From Magallana gigas (lineage: Eukaryota): a DNA stretch of 64,000 nt. The first letter of the stretch is position 1; the number at the start of each line of letters is the position of its first letter. The translations under genes were made by a program, and so were the position numbers. Shown here piece after piece: positions 47,215 to 60,542 of this stretch. The stretch spans positions 24,304,001 through 24,368,000 of the forward strand of contig NC_088854.1 in NCBI RefSeq assembly GCF_963853765.1. The letters run 5' to 3'. The notes beneath the pieces are model-generated. The model had not been told where the DNA came from. It made no database searches and worked only from the letters and a program-made list of their open reading frames with translations.

Positions 47215-49831
47215 CTAGTCACGTTGTGCTATCACCTCGGAGCGCGCAATAGAGGAGCCAGGCTTCTGCATCAACGGTCTACCGTACCGATCTGTGACGG
47301 TAAAGATATCCATGGAATCGGGGTATTTCTTCGTCCCCGAGGCACCATTGGAATCGTCTAATTGTCGTGCCACAATAACTCGAACCTGCATAGAAGGTTA
47401 ACGAATATCAATATACGTACTAACTTCCAAACGAAAACACATATAAATGTGGTCACTGATGGTTAAACTGTAATGTAAATAATCTACTTTTTAGAGTGTG
47501 TACCTGGGTGGTTCTGATTGGGGCACAACAACAACATATGGAGGCTGAAGCAATGGCAAACACCAACTCATTGAAAGCAAAGCATGCGACCAGAATAGGC
47601 ACCATCCAGCGGTAGGAAGTCGGCTCCAGTTCCTGGCGCTGACAAAGAAAAACTACTCATATAATCAGATATATAATCTTGCAACTGTAGTCTTTGAAGT
47701 TAATATATTCAAGAGTTAACGACGTTTTATGTCTTTCAGAAATTCATTTTCCATTTTCTATAAAAAAAAAATAAAATAAAAGAAAGCTCACCAAAACTGC
47801 CAAAACAATGTTGATGATAAAACACACTGGAGCAAACAACGCAGAACACAGGATGCTAAGCACCAAAAACGTCATTTTCTAGAAGTGAAATAAAACAAAT
47901 TCACAAAGGTAGATAAGAATTATAAGTATAGCGTGTATATATTAAAGGAAATACTATGGCGGTGAACAGTAAGACACGGTTTTAACGAACACGTTTATAA
48001 TGAATTGACGCTTACAGCGCAGTGATTTTCGTTCCACCGTGACTTATACATGTTGTAAACTTGACAGATATAACGAATTAAGCTTACAATGAAGCAAAAT
48101 CTCCCTTCCCTGGTTCTTCGTAATAACCGTGTTTTACTGTAATTCAGTTGGTGAAAAGTGTCAACTACTTGTATTATAGAGATTTAACGTTTAATAAGAA
48201 TTTGGTAGTGAGTGTTTAAAATGCCATTGCCCATTCCATACCGACATCTGATTCACAAGTAACGCTGTATAGACCAAAAGAAAAAACCAATGTAGACATT
48301 AAAAGGCTAAAATACACCATCCTTATACTGACAAATTTCATCTGTGGAGATCAGCAAATTGATAAAATAAAAATAACAATCTTACCACAAGTGAAGGTCT
48401 AGGAGATAATCTACTTCAACAGTTAAAACGGAATTTATACAATGAACCACATTTCTAAATGTTCACCCAGCATAATGTATAAACTATACGAAATAAGCGC
48501 ATTTATTTTTCTTGCCGTCAGCGTGACTAATTTCCACTAAACTTTCAAATTGTTAAGAACGATACATTTTGGCCTTGACTTCTGTTGCGACCTGGGACCT
48601 TAACATTTGCTTAATATTCCAAACACTTCCGGTTAGGTTAAAATCGCACAGCATTTGGAATCATTTGTTTTAAGTTACCGATGGAAAGGACCTTACACAT
48701 AATTATGGAAGTTATATCAAAATAATGTTTCCTTCGGATTGCTTCTTATTCAAACAATGTCGAGGACAAAATAAAAAGTAAATATAATGTGAGTACAATA
48801 TGTTGTAGAAACAATTCAGACACCTATACATGAATTCCAACAGTTCTGGCTGTTTTCTCAAATGTCGTTTTGGCCACAATTATTGTTTGTCTGTGCATGT
48901 GATAAAAATACATCAGTTTCGAAATGTTGAAAATTTTACATTATTTCATTTTGCATTTTCAAATTGTTCTATTTATCAGGGTGAACACCTAGGAGTTTTC
49001 ATGAGCGCGTTTCATACGAATAAGCCTTACGTCTAAGTCTGATAGTTTCGGACCAGGAAACAGATAAATCAAACTTCTCAAAATAGTGTTACATGTTTGT
49101 TTACATCCTCACACCGACGAGGATTTTAAGTCAGTTTATCTAACAATTCAATGGTTAGACCACTTATATTTTAAATTTGATATAAACACAAAATGATGTA
49201 CAGCTTTAGAAGCGTGCACAAAGTACAAGCATATATAAATATATGACGAACGTTGAAGAATACTTACAAAATAATTCAGGTTGGACTTGTTTCGTTTGTT
49301 CATACACGCCGCCATACAACCAGTAACACTTAACTATTAAAAAAACGTTGGAATGTATTCATATTTTGGATTTATCAACCCTAATCGTTTCATAAAATAT
49401 TCTAATGTTAAGTAGTTAAAGGAGCTTTTATTACTTTTTCAAAATGACCTTATGCATAGAAATATCCATTGATACGCATATACTAGTATATAAGATTTAG
49501 GAGAAATGGGCTCTTAAAAAGCCGAGCTACATGTAACCCTTATTTAAGGCACCAAAGGGGTTAAGCAAGACTGAAGTCCTTACCCAGAGTCCGCACCAGA
49601 TGGGTAAGGAAGCGATGGTTAGCGTCATCAGCGCGCTGTCCCCCGCCGTCGCCAATTGGTCATCGTCCTTAAATATATACAGGAGAAGATCCAACAGACC
49701 TAGCACAAGACACATGACCCCCAGGCCGATCTGCACCGCCCCCAGGGCCTTGATGGCGGAGTAGGGGACGTTTTCTATGTCCGAGGTTTCCACCCCTCAA
49801 TTTCAGTGAACCGAAGTTTCGACTTCTCCAT
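47215..49831 (-). pseudogene. CD20/MS4A-like tetraspan gene, copy A, with a -1 frameshift in exon 1 (pseudogene or assembly error)
   Basis: Exons 49831-49584 (248 nt), 49333-49268, 47878-47792, 47638-47504 and 47385-47215. A G-run at 49793-49796 has 4 G against 5 in copy B, giving ...GAG GGG TGG AAA CCT CGG ACA TAG. All splice sites and other exons are intact. Confidence 0.75.
47967..48139. mobile_element. Tc1/mariner (pogo-like) MITE in intron 2 of copy A
   Basis: cagtaagacacgg ... ccgtgttttactg followed by TA. Confidence 0.75.
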
Positions 49832-51095
49832 TTCGCTTCAGAAACTAGTCGAGGGGACCTAAGATTCTGAACATAAAAGATCAACGTGTGATTGCAATTG
49901 GAAATTAAAATTACCGGCATACTGTATAAATAAATATATACGTATAAAGGATGGTCTCTTGATGATGACGGAACTATCTAATGAAATGGTCCGTAAAGAG
50001 ACTTTAATCATCGGGTTCTATTGTGTTGGGCGGTTGTATAGTGGGTGTTACACGGGCCTAGAATGCTGGATATCCTATCATCAATATTTATAGTAACAAG
50101 GTCCTTATAGAGGCCCCGACTGACAAAATAGTGAGCATGCGCAAAAAAGTTACAGTACAGCGGTTTTTTTGTCAATGATGTTTATAGAAACTTATAGAAA
50201 TATCGACCACACAAAAAAAATTGTGGGCATACGATGAAAAAAGAGAATTGTCTTCATCACTAATAGAAAACGATCATTTTATTAATAAAAATAAAATATT
50301 AATAATATTAATAATTAAATATTAATAAAAAACGATCATTTTCAGTATGGATTGCCAAAGAGTACACTACAAATGGAAATTATAGCATGGAATACAATTA
50401 AAAAAAATGAGAAAAATAAATTTAAAAAACACCGTGTACATCGAATGACAGCCGTTGGTTTGATAACAAGGAAGCCATCTTTAAAAAAAAAAACATTTTA
50501 TAGAGGCACTACGCCGACAGCTTGGGAACTGATGAATTTGTATTATGGAAGTCCTAAACTCGGTCCTAAATAGGCTCAATCATGGAAAGCCTAGTTTCAA
50601 ATTATATATATGGATTCTAACAATACATATACTATAGAATACTTGTACGTAAGAAAATGTTAATATTTTTCATGGATTTTTTGTTATCACCTTTCCAAAA
50701 TGTGAACCCCTTTGCAACAATTATCATAACAATGTAAGTTTTACGTATATCCAATTAATGTAATGTAAGTTATCTTCAATTTTACATATATGAAGCGAGA
50801 ACTTTGATTGGATGTTTTAAAAAAATATTTAATTTTTTGTGTAGAGGGAGCATTTGGTAATTAATTTAATAGACAAGTTTATTGATTTTGCACAGAGCAG
50901 AGACAAATTGGTTTGTAAACTTTTATTTTATATTGATTTTGCACAGATCATAGACAAATTGGTTTGTAAACTTTTATTTTATTATGCTCTCATAAATCAA
51001 AACAACTTATCAATCTTCTTGAAATTGATACAAAAGGAAAATGTATAATGAGAATTAATGACTCAGGTATTTAAAATATAATAACAAGAACCGAA

Positions 51096-51612
51096 TTCGG
51101 GACCTAGACACGATTTGAGATCAAAATTTTATTTTTAATTTTTTTGTTTAAAATGTTTTTACTTGTGCATTAATTTTTTGAATGATTGACAAAAATTGAA
51201 ACGTTAGAAATCAAGTTACAAGCGGGGTTCAGAAGTAAGAAATCATTAATATAAACAAAGCTCGAGCCTTATATTTGTTTACAAATAATGTAAATTAAGG
51301 AAATTACATTTTATTTGACAAAATGTCTCGTGACAAACAAAATAAAATGGTTAAAAAAATAATGCTATCAGCAAAAAAAAAAAAAAGCTGCATTTGATTA
51401 ATTTAAAAGCTCATACCGATATCACACATAGAAACGATAACAAGACTCCAGCTTTGTTTACATAGCAAAGAACTCTGGATCAGGCTTGCAACTTAATATT
51501 TAACTTTCAAACTTTAAAGAATCATTTAAAATACGCCCGTTTAATATTCTAGATACTTAAAATGGAAAAAAATTAAATTTTTAAAAATTGTGTCCAATGC
51601 AAGTCCTTTTAA
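51096..51612. mobile_element. Kolobok-like MITE, duplicated copy in unit B
   Basis: Collinear with 45840-46369 and has the same flanks. Confidence 0.6.
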
Positions 51613-51913
51613 CACAGGTAAACCATGTCGTACCTTTAGAATATTTTGTGCATTGTAAAAGACGTGGCAGAAAAAAACCATTTGACTATTAAACACAAAA
51701 CAGTGTTCGATCGAAAGACTATCTTTTAAAAATAATTTCAATGCACTTTGCAATGCAAATATGACGTATCACAGTTCTTAAGCTTTGACGGACAACACGT
51801 GTTGTTTCACTTGGACAAAGGGCTTCAGCAAAGCACGCAATTAAAAAAAAACAATAAATATGCCGGCTCTTTAATGATATCACCCTGCGTAGAATAGGGT
51901 AAAAGTTTTATAA

Positions 51914-54654
51914 CTAGTCACGTAGTTCTATCATCTCGGAGCGCGCAATAGAGGAGCCAGGCTTCTGCATCAACGGTCTACCGTACCGATCTGTGACGGT
52001 AAAGATATCCATGGAATCGGGGTATTTCTTCGTCCCCGAGGCACCATTGGAATTGTCTACTTGTCGTGCCACAATAACTCGAACCTGCAGAAAGGGTTAC
52101 GAATATCAATATCATACTAATTTCCAAACGGAAACACATATAACTGTGGTCTCTGATGGTTGTACTGTTATGTAAATAATCTACTTTTTAGAGTGTGTAC
52201 CTGGGTGGTTCTGATTGGGGCACAACAACAACATATGGAGGCTGAAGCAATGGCAAACACCAACTCATTGAAAGCAAAGAAGGCGACCAGAATTGGCACC
52301 ATCCAGCGGTAGGAAGTCGGCTCCAGTTCATGGCGCTGACAAAAAAAACTACACATATAATCAGATATATAATCCTGCACCTGTAGTCTTTGAAGTTAAT
52401 ATATTCAAGTGTAAACGACGTTATATGTCTATCAGAAATTAATTTCCCATTTTCTATAAAAAGAGTAAAATTTAAAAAAAAAAAGCTCACCAAAATTGCC
52501 ATGGCAATGTTGATGATAAAACACACTGGAGCAAACAACGCAGAACACAGGATGCTGAGCACCAAAAAAGTCATTTTCTAAAGAGTAAAATAAAACAAAT
52601 TCATAGAGGTAGATAAGAATTATAAATATAAAGTGTATATAAAGAAAATACTATGGCGGTGAAGAAAATCATATTCGGTGAACAGTAAAACACGGTTTTA
52701 ACGAACACGTTTATAATGAATTGACGCTTACAAAGAATTGATTTTCGTTTCACCGTGACTTATACATGTTGTAAACGTGACAGATATAACGAATTACGCT
52801 TACAATTAAGCAAAATCGCCCTTCCCTGGCTCTTCGTAATAAGCGTGTTTTACTGTTATTCAGTTGGTGAAAAGTGTCAACTACTAGTATTATAGAGGTT
52901 TAACGTTTGATAATAATTTGGTAGTGAGTGTTTAAAATGCCATTGCCCATTCCATACCGACATCTGATTCACAAGTAACGCTGTATAGACCCACACATAA
53001 GAATGTTGATAATTGTTTCTTCCCTAAAAGCGTCAGAAAGATTTGTTGGAATCATGGATAATACATGGTAATATACAGACACAAGCTGTCAACTAAAAAA
53101 CCAATGTAGACATTAAAAGGCCAAAATACACCATCCTTATACTGACAAATTACATCTTTTAAAGATCAGCAAAGTGATAAAATAAAAATAACAATCTTGC
53201 CACAAGTGAAGATTTGAGAGATAATCTACTTAAACAGTTAAAAAGGAATTTATACAATGAACCATATTTCTAATTTTTCACTCAGCATAATGTATAAACT
53301 ATACGAAATAAGTGCCTATATTTTTCTGCCGTCAGCGTGACTAATTTCCACTAAACTTTCAAATTGTTAAGAACGATGCATTTTTGCCTTGACTTCTGTT
53401 GCGACCTGGGACCTTGACATTTGCTTAATATTTCAAACACGTCCGGTTAGGTTGAAATTGCACAGCATTTGGATTGTTTTAAGTTACCGATGTCAAGGAC
53501 GTTACACATAGTTATGGAAGTTAAATCAAAATTATGTTTCCTTTGGATTGCTTCTTATTCAAAACAATGTCGAGGACAAAATAAAAAGTAAATATAATGT
53601 GAGTACATGTACAATATGTTGTAGAAACAATTCAGACACCTATACACGAATTCCAACAGTTCCGGCAGTTTTCTCAAATATCGTTTTGGCCACAATTATT
53701 GTTTGTCTGTGCTTGTGATAAAATACATCAGTTTCGAAATGTTGAAAATTTTACATTATTTCATTTTGCATTTTCAAATTGTTCTATTTATCAGGGTGAA
53801 CACCTAGAAGATTTCATGAGTGTGTTTCATACAAATAAGCCTTACGTCTAAGTCTGATAGTTTCTGACAGCAAGGAAACAGATAAATCAAACGTCTCAAA
53901 ATGGTGGTACATGTTTGTTCACATCCTCACACCGACGAGGATTTTAAGTCAGTTTATCTAACAATTCAATGGTTGGACCACTTATATTTTAAAATTTGAT
54001 ATATACACACAAAAAGATGTTCAGCTTTAGAAGCGTGCACAAAGTACAAGCATATATGAATATATGACGAACGTTGAAGAATACTTACAAAATAATACAG
54101 GTTGGACTTGTTTCGTTTGTTCATACACGCCGCCATACAACCAGTAACACCGAACTATTTAAAAAACGTTGAAATTATCCACGTATTCACATTTTGGTTT
54201 TACCAACCCTAATCGTTTCATAAAATATTCTAATGTTAAATAGTTCAAGGAGCTTTTATTACTTTTTCAAAGTGACCACAAAAATATCCATTGATACGCA
54301 TATATACGTTGTATAAGATTAAGTAGAAATATGTGCTCTCTAAAAGCCGAGTTAACCCTTATTTAAGGCATCAAAGGGGTTAAGCATGACTGAGGTCCTT
54401 ACCCAGAGTCCGCACCAGATGGGTGAGGAAGCGATGGTTAGCGTCATCAGCGTGCTGTCCCCCGCCGACGCCAATTGGTCATCGTCCTTAAATATATACA
54501 GGAAAAGATCCAGCAGACCTAGCACAAGACACACGACCCCCAGGCCGATCTGCACCGCCCCAAGGGCCTTGATGGCGGAGTAGGGGAAGTTTTTAACGTC
54601 CGAGGTTTCCACCCCCTCAATTTCAGTGAACCGAAGTTTCGACTTATCCTTCAT
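51914..54654 (-). CDS. CD20/MS4A-like four-transmembrane protein, copy B (236 aa)
   Basis: Exons 54654-54403, 54154-54089, 52577-52491, 52335-52201 and 52084-51914, all phase 0 with GT-AG introns. ALGAVQIGLGVVCLVLG, SSPIWCGLWFGVTGCMA, TFLVLSILCSALF and LVAFFAFNELVFAIASASICC match the CD20-like four-helix pattern. No specific orthologue can be named. Confidence 0.85.
52683..52855. mobile_element. Tc1/mariner (pogo-like) MITE in intron 2 of copy B
   Basis: cagtaaaacacgg ... cgtgttttactg, at the same position as in copy A and absent from copy C. Confidence 0.75.
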
Positions 54655-56549
54655 TTCGCTTTAGGAACTAGTCGAGGGGCCCTAAGTTTCTGACCATAAA
54701 AGATCAACTTGTGAATGCAATTGGAAATTAAATTCACCGGCATACTGTATAAATAAATATATACGTATAAAGGATGGTCTCTCGATGATGACGGAACTAT
54801 CCAATGAAAGGGTCCGTAAAGAGGACTTTAATCATCGGGTTCTATTGTGTTTGGCGGTCGTATAGTGGGTGTTACACGGGCCTAGAATGCTGGATATCTT
54901 ATCATCGATATTTATAGTAACAAGGTCCTTAAAGAGGCGCCGACAGACAAAATAGTGAGAATGCACAAAAAAGTTACAGTACAGTGGTTTTTTGTCATCG
55001 ATGTTGATAGAAACTTATGGAAATATCGACCACACAAAAAATTGTGAGCATTCGCTGAAAAAAAGAGTACTGTCTTCATCATTAATAGAAAACGATCATT
55101 TTCATTATGGATTCCAAAGAGTACAATACAAATGTTAATTATAGCATAGAATACATTTAAAAAGATGAGAAAAAAAATAATAAATTTTTTGTTATCACCT
55201 TTCCAAAATATGTACCCCCTTGCAAAAAATTGACGATGACCAAATTTGCAAAATGTCGGTTTAAAAAAAACCATAAATATCCATTAATGGTAAATAAGAA
55301 CTGTTCTATATGTTTGTTGTTTGACATAATTTTACAAAATTGTTATCAATATTACCAACGTTTCCATTGGATTCCTATTGGTACCATTGGTAAGTATGCC
55401 AAAACTATTGAGGCACAATTGGTACAATTGGTTCCATTGTCATCCAACTGCACCAATGGTTTAGTTGGACTCACTGGTAAAACTATGAACGCACCTACAG
55501 CCCTTTAATAACTTTTAAAAAATTTAATATCGGAAGCAAAATCATTATGTCCGTTCAATGAGCTATTCATTCATTCAATCACCTTTCCTTTAAAAACTCT
55601 ACGTTTGTATCGAATAAGAGATAGAATTGATTGAAGTTAAGAAACTCGATTATGTAAACAGAAAAATGAAAAACTGACGAGATTTCTCAGGATAGAAATG
55701 CACCGATTAACCAAGATCTTAGGTATGCTTTATATACTTGTAACCAAATTGAGACCTACATGCATAGTTACTAGCTAACAAACTGAAGCTAGCTAAAGGG
55801 GAATGCATATAAATGACAAACCAAACCATTTCTCACATTTTTCTATTGATATAATTTATTATTTAATTAGTATAGTGACCCTTACACCTTCATACAAATA
55901 TGAATAACAATTACTACGGTAAAATAGATTGCAGGAAAACATTAAATTAAGATAAAATCGATCGGATTATTGTAAATTGCTACCATCACACTGATCCACG
56001 AAACATAATTTACCAAACTTCATTATGATTACACTGTCTGCACTATAATTGAACCCTTTTTCATTTTTTCTTTTACTTAAACAAGAAAATTTTTAGAGAC
56101 AGGTGCTATTTGGTATTTAATTAATCGTTTATTAACTAATGTTCAAAAGATTCCAACATTGATAACAGAACAAAGCGGAAAACTATAACAAAATATAATT
56201 TTTGCGCAAATCTTTCTTCAAGGTTTACTTACATGCAATTTATTTTACCAAATTTTTTTTGTAAGATGTCATTCTATAGAAAAAAAAACCATTAATTTAG
56301 GTTTGAGTCCATAAAAATAGTTTAAAATGACCGAAATTGACACGTGTATCTGATTTTGTTCGTCTTGTATTCTGATATGTCAGACCCCCAAAGTGTACAA
56401 TTTGCGCCAAAATATTGACGTGATATGGTTTAAACAAAAGTTTATACTCTATACCAAACAGCAACAACATTTTCACCATGTTTTGCACCCTAATCGTCAT
56501 AGTGAGAGGGTAAATCGGTTCCCCGAAACCGGAATCTAATGTCTTGATA

Positions 56550-57512
56550 TTTGCCGCCTTGTCTGTAACAAGTTTTGACTTCATTTACCAGTACTTCCGA
56601 CAGTCTAGATCGTCTGCAGAAAAACATACCACTGGCGTATGAAGATAGGAAAGGTGAATGGATGAATAACGCTATTGATAGAACTCATTTTAGGAGAAGA
56701 AATAAACAGACACTTACCCGTACAAAGATTATATTGTACCGCTATAGAGTAAGATAATTATATAGTTAATTTAGACGATGTTATGTTAGGAAAAGAAACA
56801 TCACTCAGGGTAGCTATACCATACACAGCCATGTATTCAACCTTACCAGCAAAGCTTAGAACCATGGAAGTTACCATTAACAACAATCTTAATTTAAACC
56901 ATAACATAGACTATGTGTGTACGAAGACAATCTCCAACACAGCCTTTCTTCAAAGGAACCTGTCGTCTTGTCCCGGAAAACGAAGGAGTTGTGTTACACA
57001 ATGATCAGACACCAGGTAAAATACTCTTGTTCAGTGTGGGACCTTCTACCTAGACCAACACCTAACAAACTGGAAAGTGTACAGCGCTCGGCTGCAAGAT
57101 ACGTGCTGACCGACTACCAGACCACCAGCAGCGTTCCATCTATGATCCAACAGCTGGGGTGGAAACCACCACAACAAGTAGCAGTGTAAGTGTACAAGAT
57201 TTTACACTCTTTACTGGTCATTCCATCCTCAGCATTAACATTGATTGCTGTTCACTTAGATCAGAACAGAGACATCTGGAATTCTCCTGTGGAACACATT
57301 ACAATTTAGTGTTATAGAGACTCAGTCCCTTGACCTGTTAAAGTCAAGACTGAAGACATGAATAAGTATAAATTAAATGACTGTACCCCTCATTTTAGTC
57401 CAATATCAATCTGTAAATATAGGACTACCTACCCGTTGTGCTTAAATCCCTTTTAAAACATAGTGCGACGATGCCTACATTGTGCCCTGTACTCTATCGG
57501 AAGAGGAAGAAT
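56550..57512 (+). mobile_element. Decayed 3' fragment of a CR1/L2-group LINE (reverse transcriptase C-terminal region)
   Basis: Broken frames read TSTSDSLDRLQ, TISNTAFLQRNLSSCP, RKTKELCYT, YSCSVWD, KLESVQRSAARYV, SSVPSMIQQLGW. Ends in a GAAGAGGAAGAA tail. Confidence 0.85.
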
Positions 57513-57678
57513 CGTCCCACACACAATCTGTAACAAGGAAATGTCACCATCTTTGGGCAGACATAACTTTCCCATATCTGTCCACAGAGGATGGAGAATC
57601 ATACGTTAAATAATTTTCATAACAAGCGAACTTCATTTAAAATGGAACAAGAATTTATGGTGAAATAAAAAACAAAAG

Positions 57679-57683
<5 letters not shown>

Positions 57684-57741
<58 letters not shown>
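57684..57741. repeat. (AG)n microsatellite
   Basis: Pure AG run. Confidence 0.95.
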
Positions 57742-57745
<4 letters not shown>

Positions 57746-57932
57746 CTTGCATACCGTCAATGAACATGCTTAGTAAATAAATGCAAAACAAGTGACATGT
57801 ACAATGAAATTCTTTTCACCTCAAACTCAATGAAACGCCAAACGGTAACGTTATATTGATTATGGATTATTTACAGTCATGTTTTAGAACCTAGCGCATA
57901 GACAAGACCCCGTGGATAATTTCAAAAGTACT

Positions 57933-58431
57933 TTAAAGGGGCATGGTCACGATTTTGGTCAAAAATTATTTCACCGATTTGAATGTTTACAATGCTTCAG
58001 TAAGGCATTTTTAATATGCAACCAACATTTGAGTGTCATTTGTTGAGTTATAAACGTGTTACAGAACTTACAATTCTTTGCTATGTAAACAAAGCCTTTG
58101 TTTACATTTTGAATGTTGAAGTGAAAATTACAGTTTCAGACCCAAAAAATTGTGTTAAACGTCAAGGACTGTTTGTTTATGCTTAAAATGAATAAGATGA
58201 TAGACGAATCAGTTTGAAAAAGATTTTTACTGGTATATTTAACAAATGTAAACAAAAACAGGGCACGAGCCTTGTTTACATTTCAATGAGTTTTGAGCCA
58301 TGTATCTTGCTTATACCTCAACGATTGACTCTCAAAATTTATTTGATAATTAGAAATGCATACCTAGAGCATTGTAAATAATAAAAACAGAAAAATAAAA
58401 TTTTACCAAAATCGTGACCATGCCCCTTAAA
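57933..58431. mobile_element. Kolobok-like MITE at a TTAA site
   Basis: TIRs ggggcatggtcacgattttggt ... accaaaatcgtgaccatgcccc flanked by ttaa. The paralogous empty site is visible at about 43552-43565 (caaaagtacttta). Confidence 0.8.
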
Positions 58432-59029
58432 GCCTTTTGAAAGGAATGTAATGTATAACTACAAATACATTAGGAACTGTACAAAGTTAAAGAGCATGTA
58501 CAAGTTTCAGTCACTGGCGCCATAGCTGCAGCCTAGTATAATACCTTAGTTCAGTTATCTTGTATTTTAACCAACCATGCATCAACCCACACTACCAATA
58601 CTCCTGAACGGAAACCCACACACATTTCAGTATGTACCCCGCTACATGTATATTCTGGAATTGTTTTATCTTTTTTTGTTAGGAGACGTTCTTGAAGTAT
58701 AGCTAGACATTACTGTACACTAAACCATACACAGTTTAACGATATTGTTGAAGTACATGTAAATGTATACTCGTATCATATTTGTAAGTTTTACGTATAT
58801 CAAATTGATGAAAAGTCAATTGTCTTTAATTTTACATATATATAAGGCAAGAACTCAGATCGCAAGTTGAAAGAAAAGTTTGTGGGTTTTTTTGTTTTTG
58901 TATTTTTTTGGGGGGGGGGGGGGGGTTAGAAATTGAATAGTCAAGTTTATGATTTTGAAACTTTACACAAAACGAAGACGAATTGGATTGCAAACTTTTA
59001 TTAGGTTCTCATGAATCAGGTTAGAAACC

Positions 59030-60022
59030 GATCAATCTTGTGATGTAAAATCATAATCTTGTGATATATTTTCAATGTCTTGTGTGATGCATGTTCAAAA
59101 TCTTGTGACGTATATTCCAAATCTTGTGATGTATATTCTATAATCTGGTAATGTTTGTTCAGTGTGTTGCAATGTATATTCAAAATCTTTTATGTTCAAG
59201 ATATTGCACACACACACACCACACGATTATAGAACATAAATTACAAGATTTTGGATACTGTAGATTCCTAATTAAACGCGAGTAACTAATATCCGCGTAA
59301 AATCGCGAGAAGCACCCTTCGCAGATTGAAAAATCTCGCCATTATTTTTCTTAGAGTTGAGAACTATGAAAATAAGGGTAAAAGTTCCGCGTTCGCGATT
59401 TTATATTCTCGCGATTTGATACAAAACAGCGGGATCGCGGAACTTTAAAAGTACTCGCGAAATATAAGGAATTTACAGAATGCATCACAAGATTTTGACG
59501 TTGCATCACCCTAGGTATTTAACATACTATATGTCACAAGATTTTGAAACCACGCCACAAGTTTTTAGACATACATCACAAGATTTTAAACATACATCAC
59601 AAGATTTTAAACATACAATATTATAAAAATATTCACAACAAAATTTTTGAATAAAGTAATGTTTATCACACCATTGATAATAAATTGCTTTTAGATATAA
59701 TAAAAGTTCCGCGTTCGAGATTTTATATTCTCGCGATTTGATACAAAACAGCGGGATCGCGGAATTAAGTACTCGCGATATATAAGGAATTTACAGTATG
59801 CATCACAAGATTTTGACGTTGCATCACCCTAGGTATTTAAAATACTATACGTCACAAGATTTTGAAACCACGCCACAAGTTTTTAGACATACATCACAAG
59901 ATTTTAAACATACATCACAAGATTTTAAATATACAACACAATCTTATGAAAATATTCACAACAAAATTTTTGAATAAAGCAATGTTTATCACACCATTGA
60001 TAATAAAATGCCTTTAGATATA
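59030..60022. mobile_element. Foldback-like repeat (atcttgtgatg / catcacaagat arms) with an inserted mariner-type MITE (59258-59478) and a 322-bp tandem duplication (59379-59700 / 59701-60022)
   Basis: About 20-bp subrepeats occur in opposite orientation on either side of a ctgtagattcc...ggaatttacag MITE. Both duplicated segments begin taaaagttccgcgttcg. Confidence 0.7.
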
Positions 60023-60542
60023 ATCATATTAGAAAACTGTCTTCAAAGCAAGTCATTAGGTATTTCAGTTTTCTGTTAAATATTTTTGTGTCATTCTCAT
60101 GTTTCAAACGATAAAATAAAAAAAACAAGATGAAATGTCAAATGCATATAATTTTCAATTATGAATGACATTTGTTTAGGAAAGGTTAACATATTTTAAG
60201 TATGAAGTACCTGTACAATAGGGGTAACTGTAAAAGACATGGCGGTATACGAAAAAGTATTTGTCTATAAAACACAAAAACAGTGTCCGATCATAAAACT
60301 AACTCTTAAAAATAATTAAAATGCATTTTGCAGTTCAGAAAAACAGTTCTGCACTCGTTAATTATGTTAATGTAAAAATGTCGTATAACAGTTTCTAAGC
60401 TTGGACGGACAGCACTTGTTGCTTCACTTGGACAAACGGTTTTAGCTAAGCACACAAAAACCGCAATAAATAAAACGATGATTAAAATTACATATTTGGA
60501 GTCTCTTCAAATGATATCACGCCGCGTAGAAAGGTATTAGTT

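Larger units (their letters stand above)
45541..55230. repeat. Tandem segmental duplication: unit A about 45541-50730, unit B about 50731-55230; an older paralogous unit lies at about 57800-63180
   Basis: Introns, promoter and downstream DNA are collinear. For example gtaagttttacgtata starts at about 45542, 50734 and 58784, and shared MITEs sit at the same positions in A and B. Confidence 0.9.

Noticed and set aside
55350-55800. ccattgg-rich and adjacent MITE-like fragments
   Set aside because: Probably transposon ends, but only single termini are visible, so boundaries cannot be supported.
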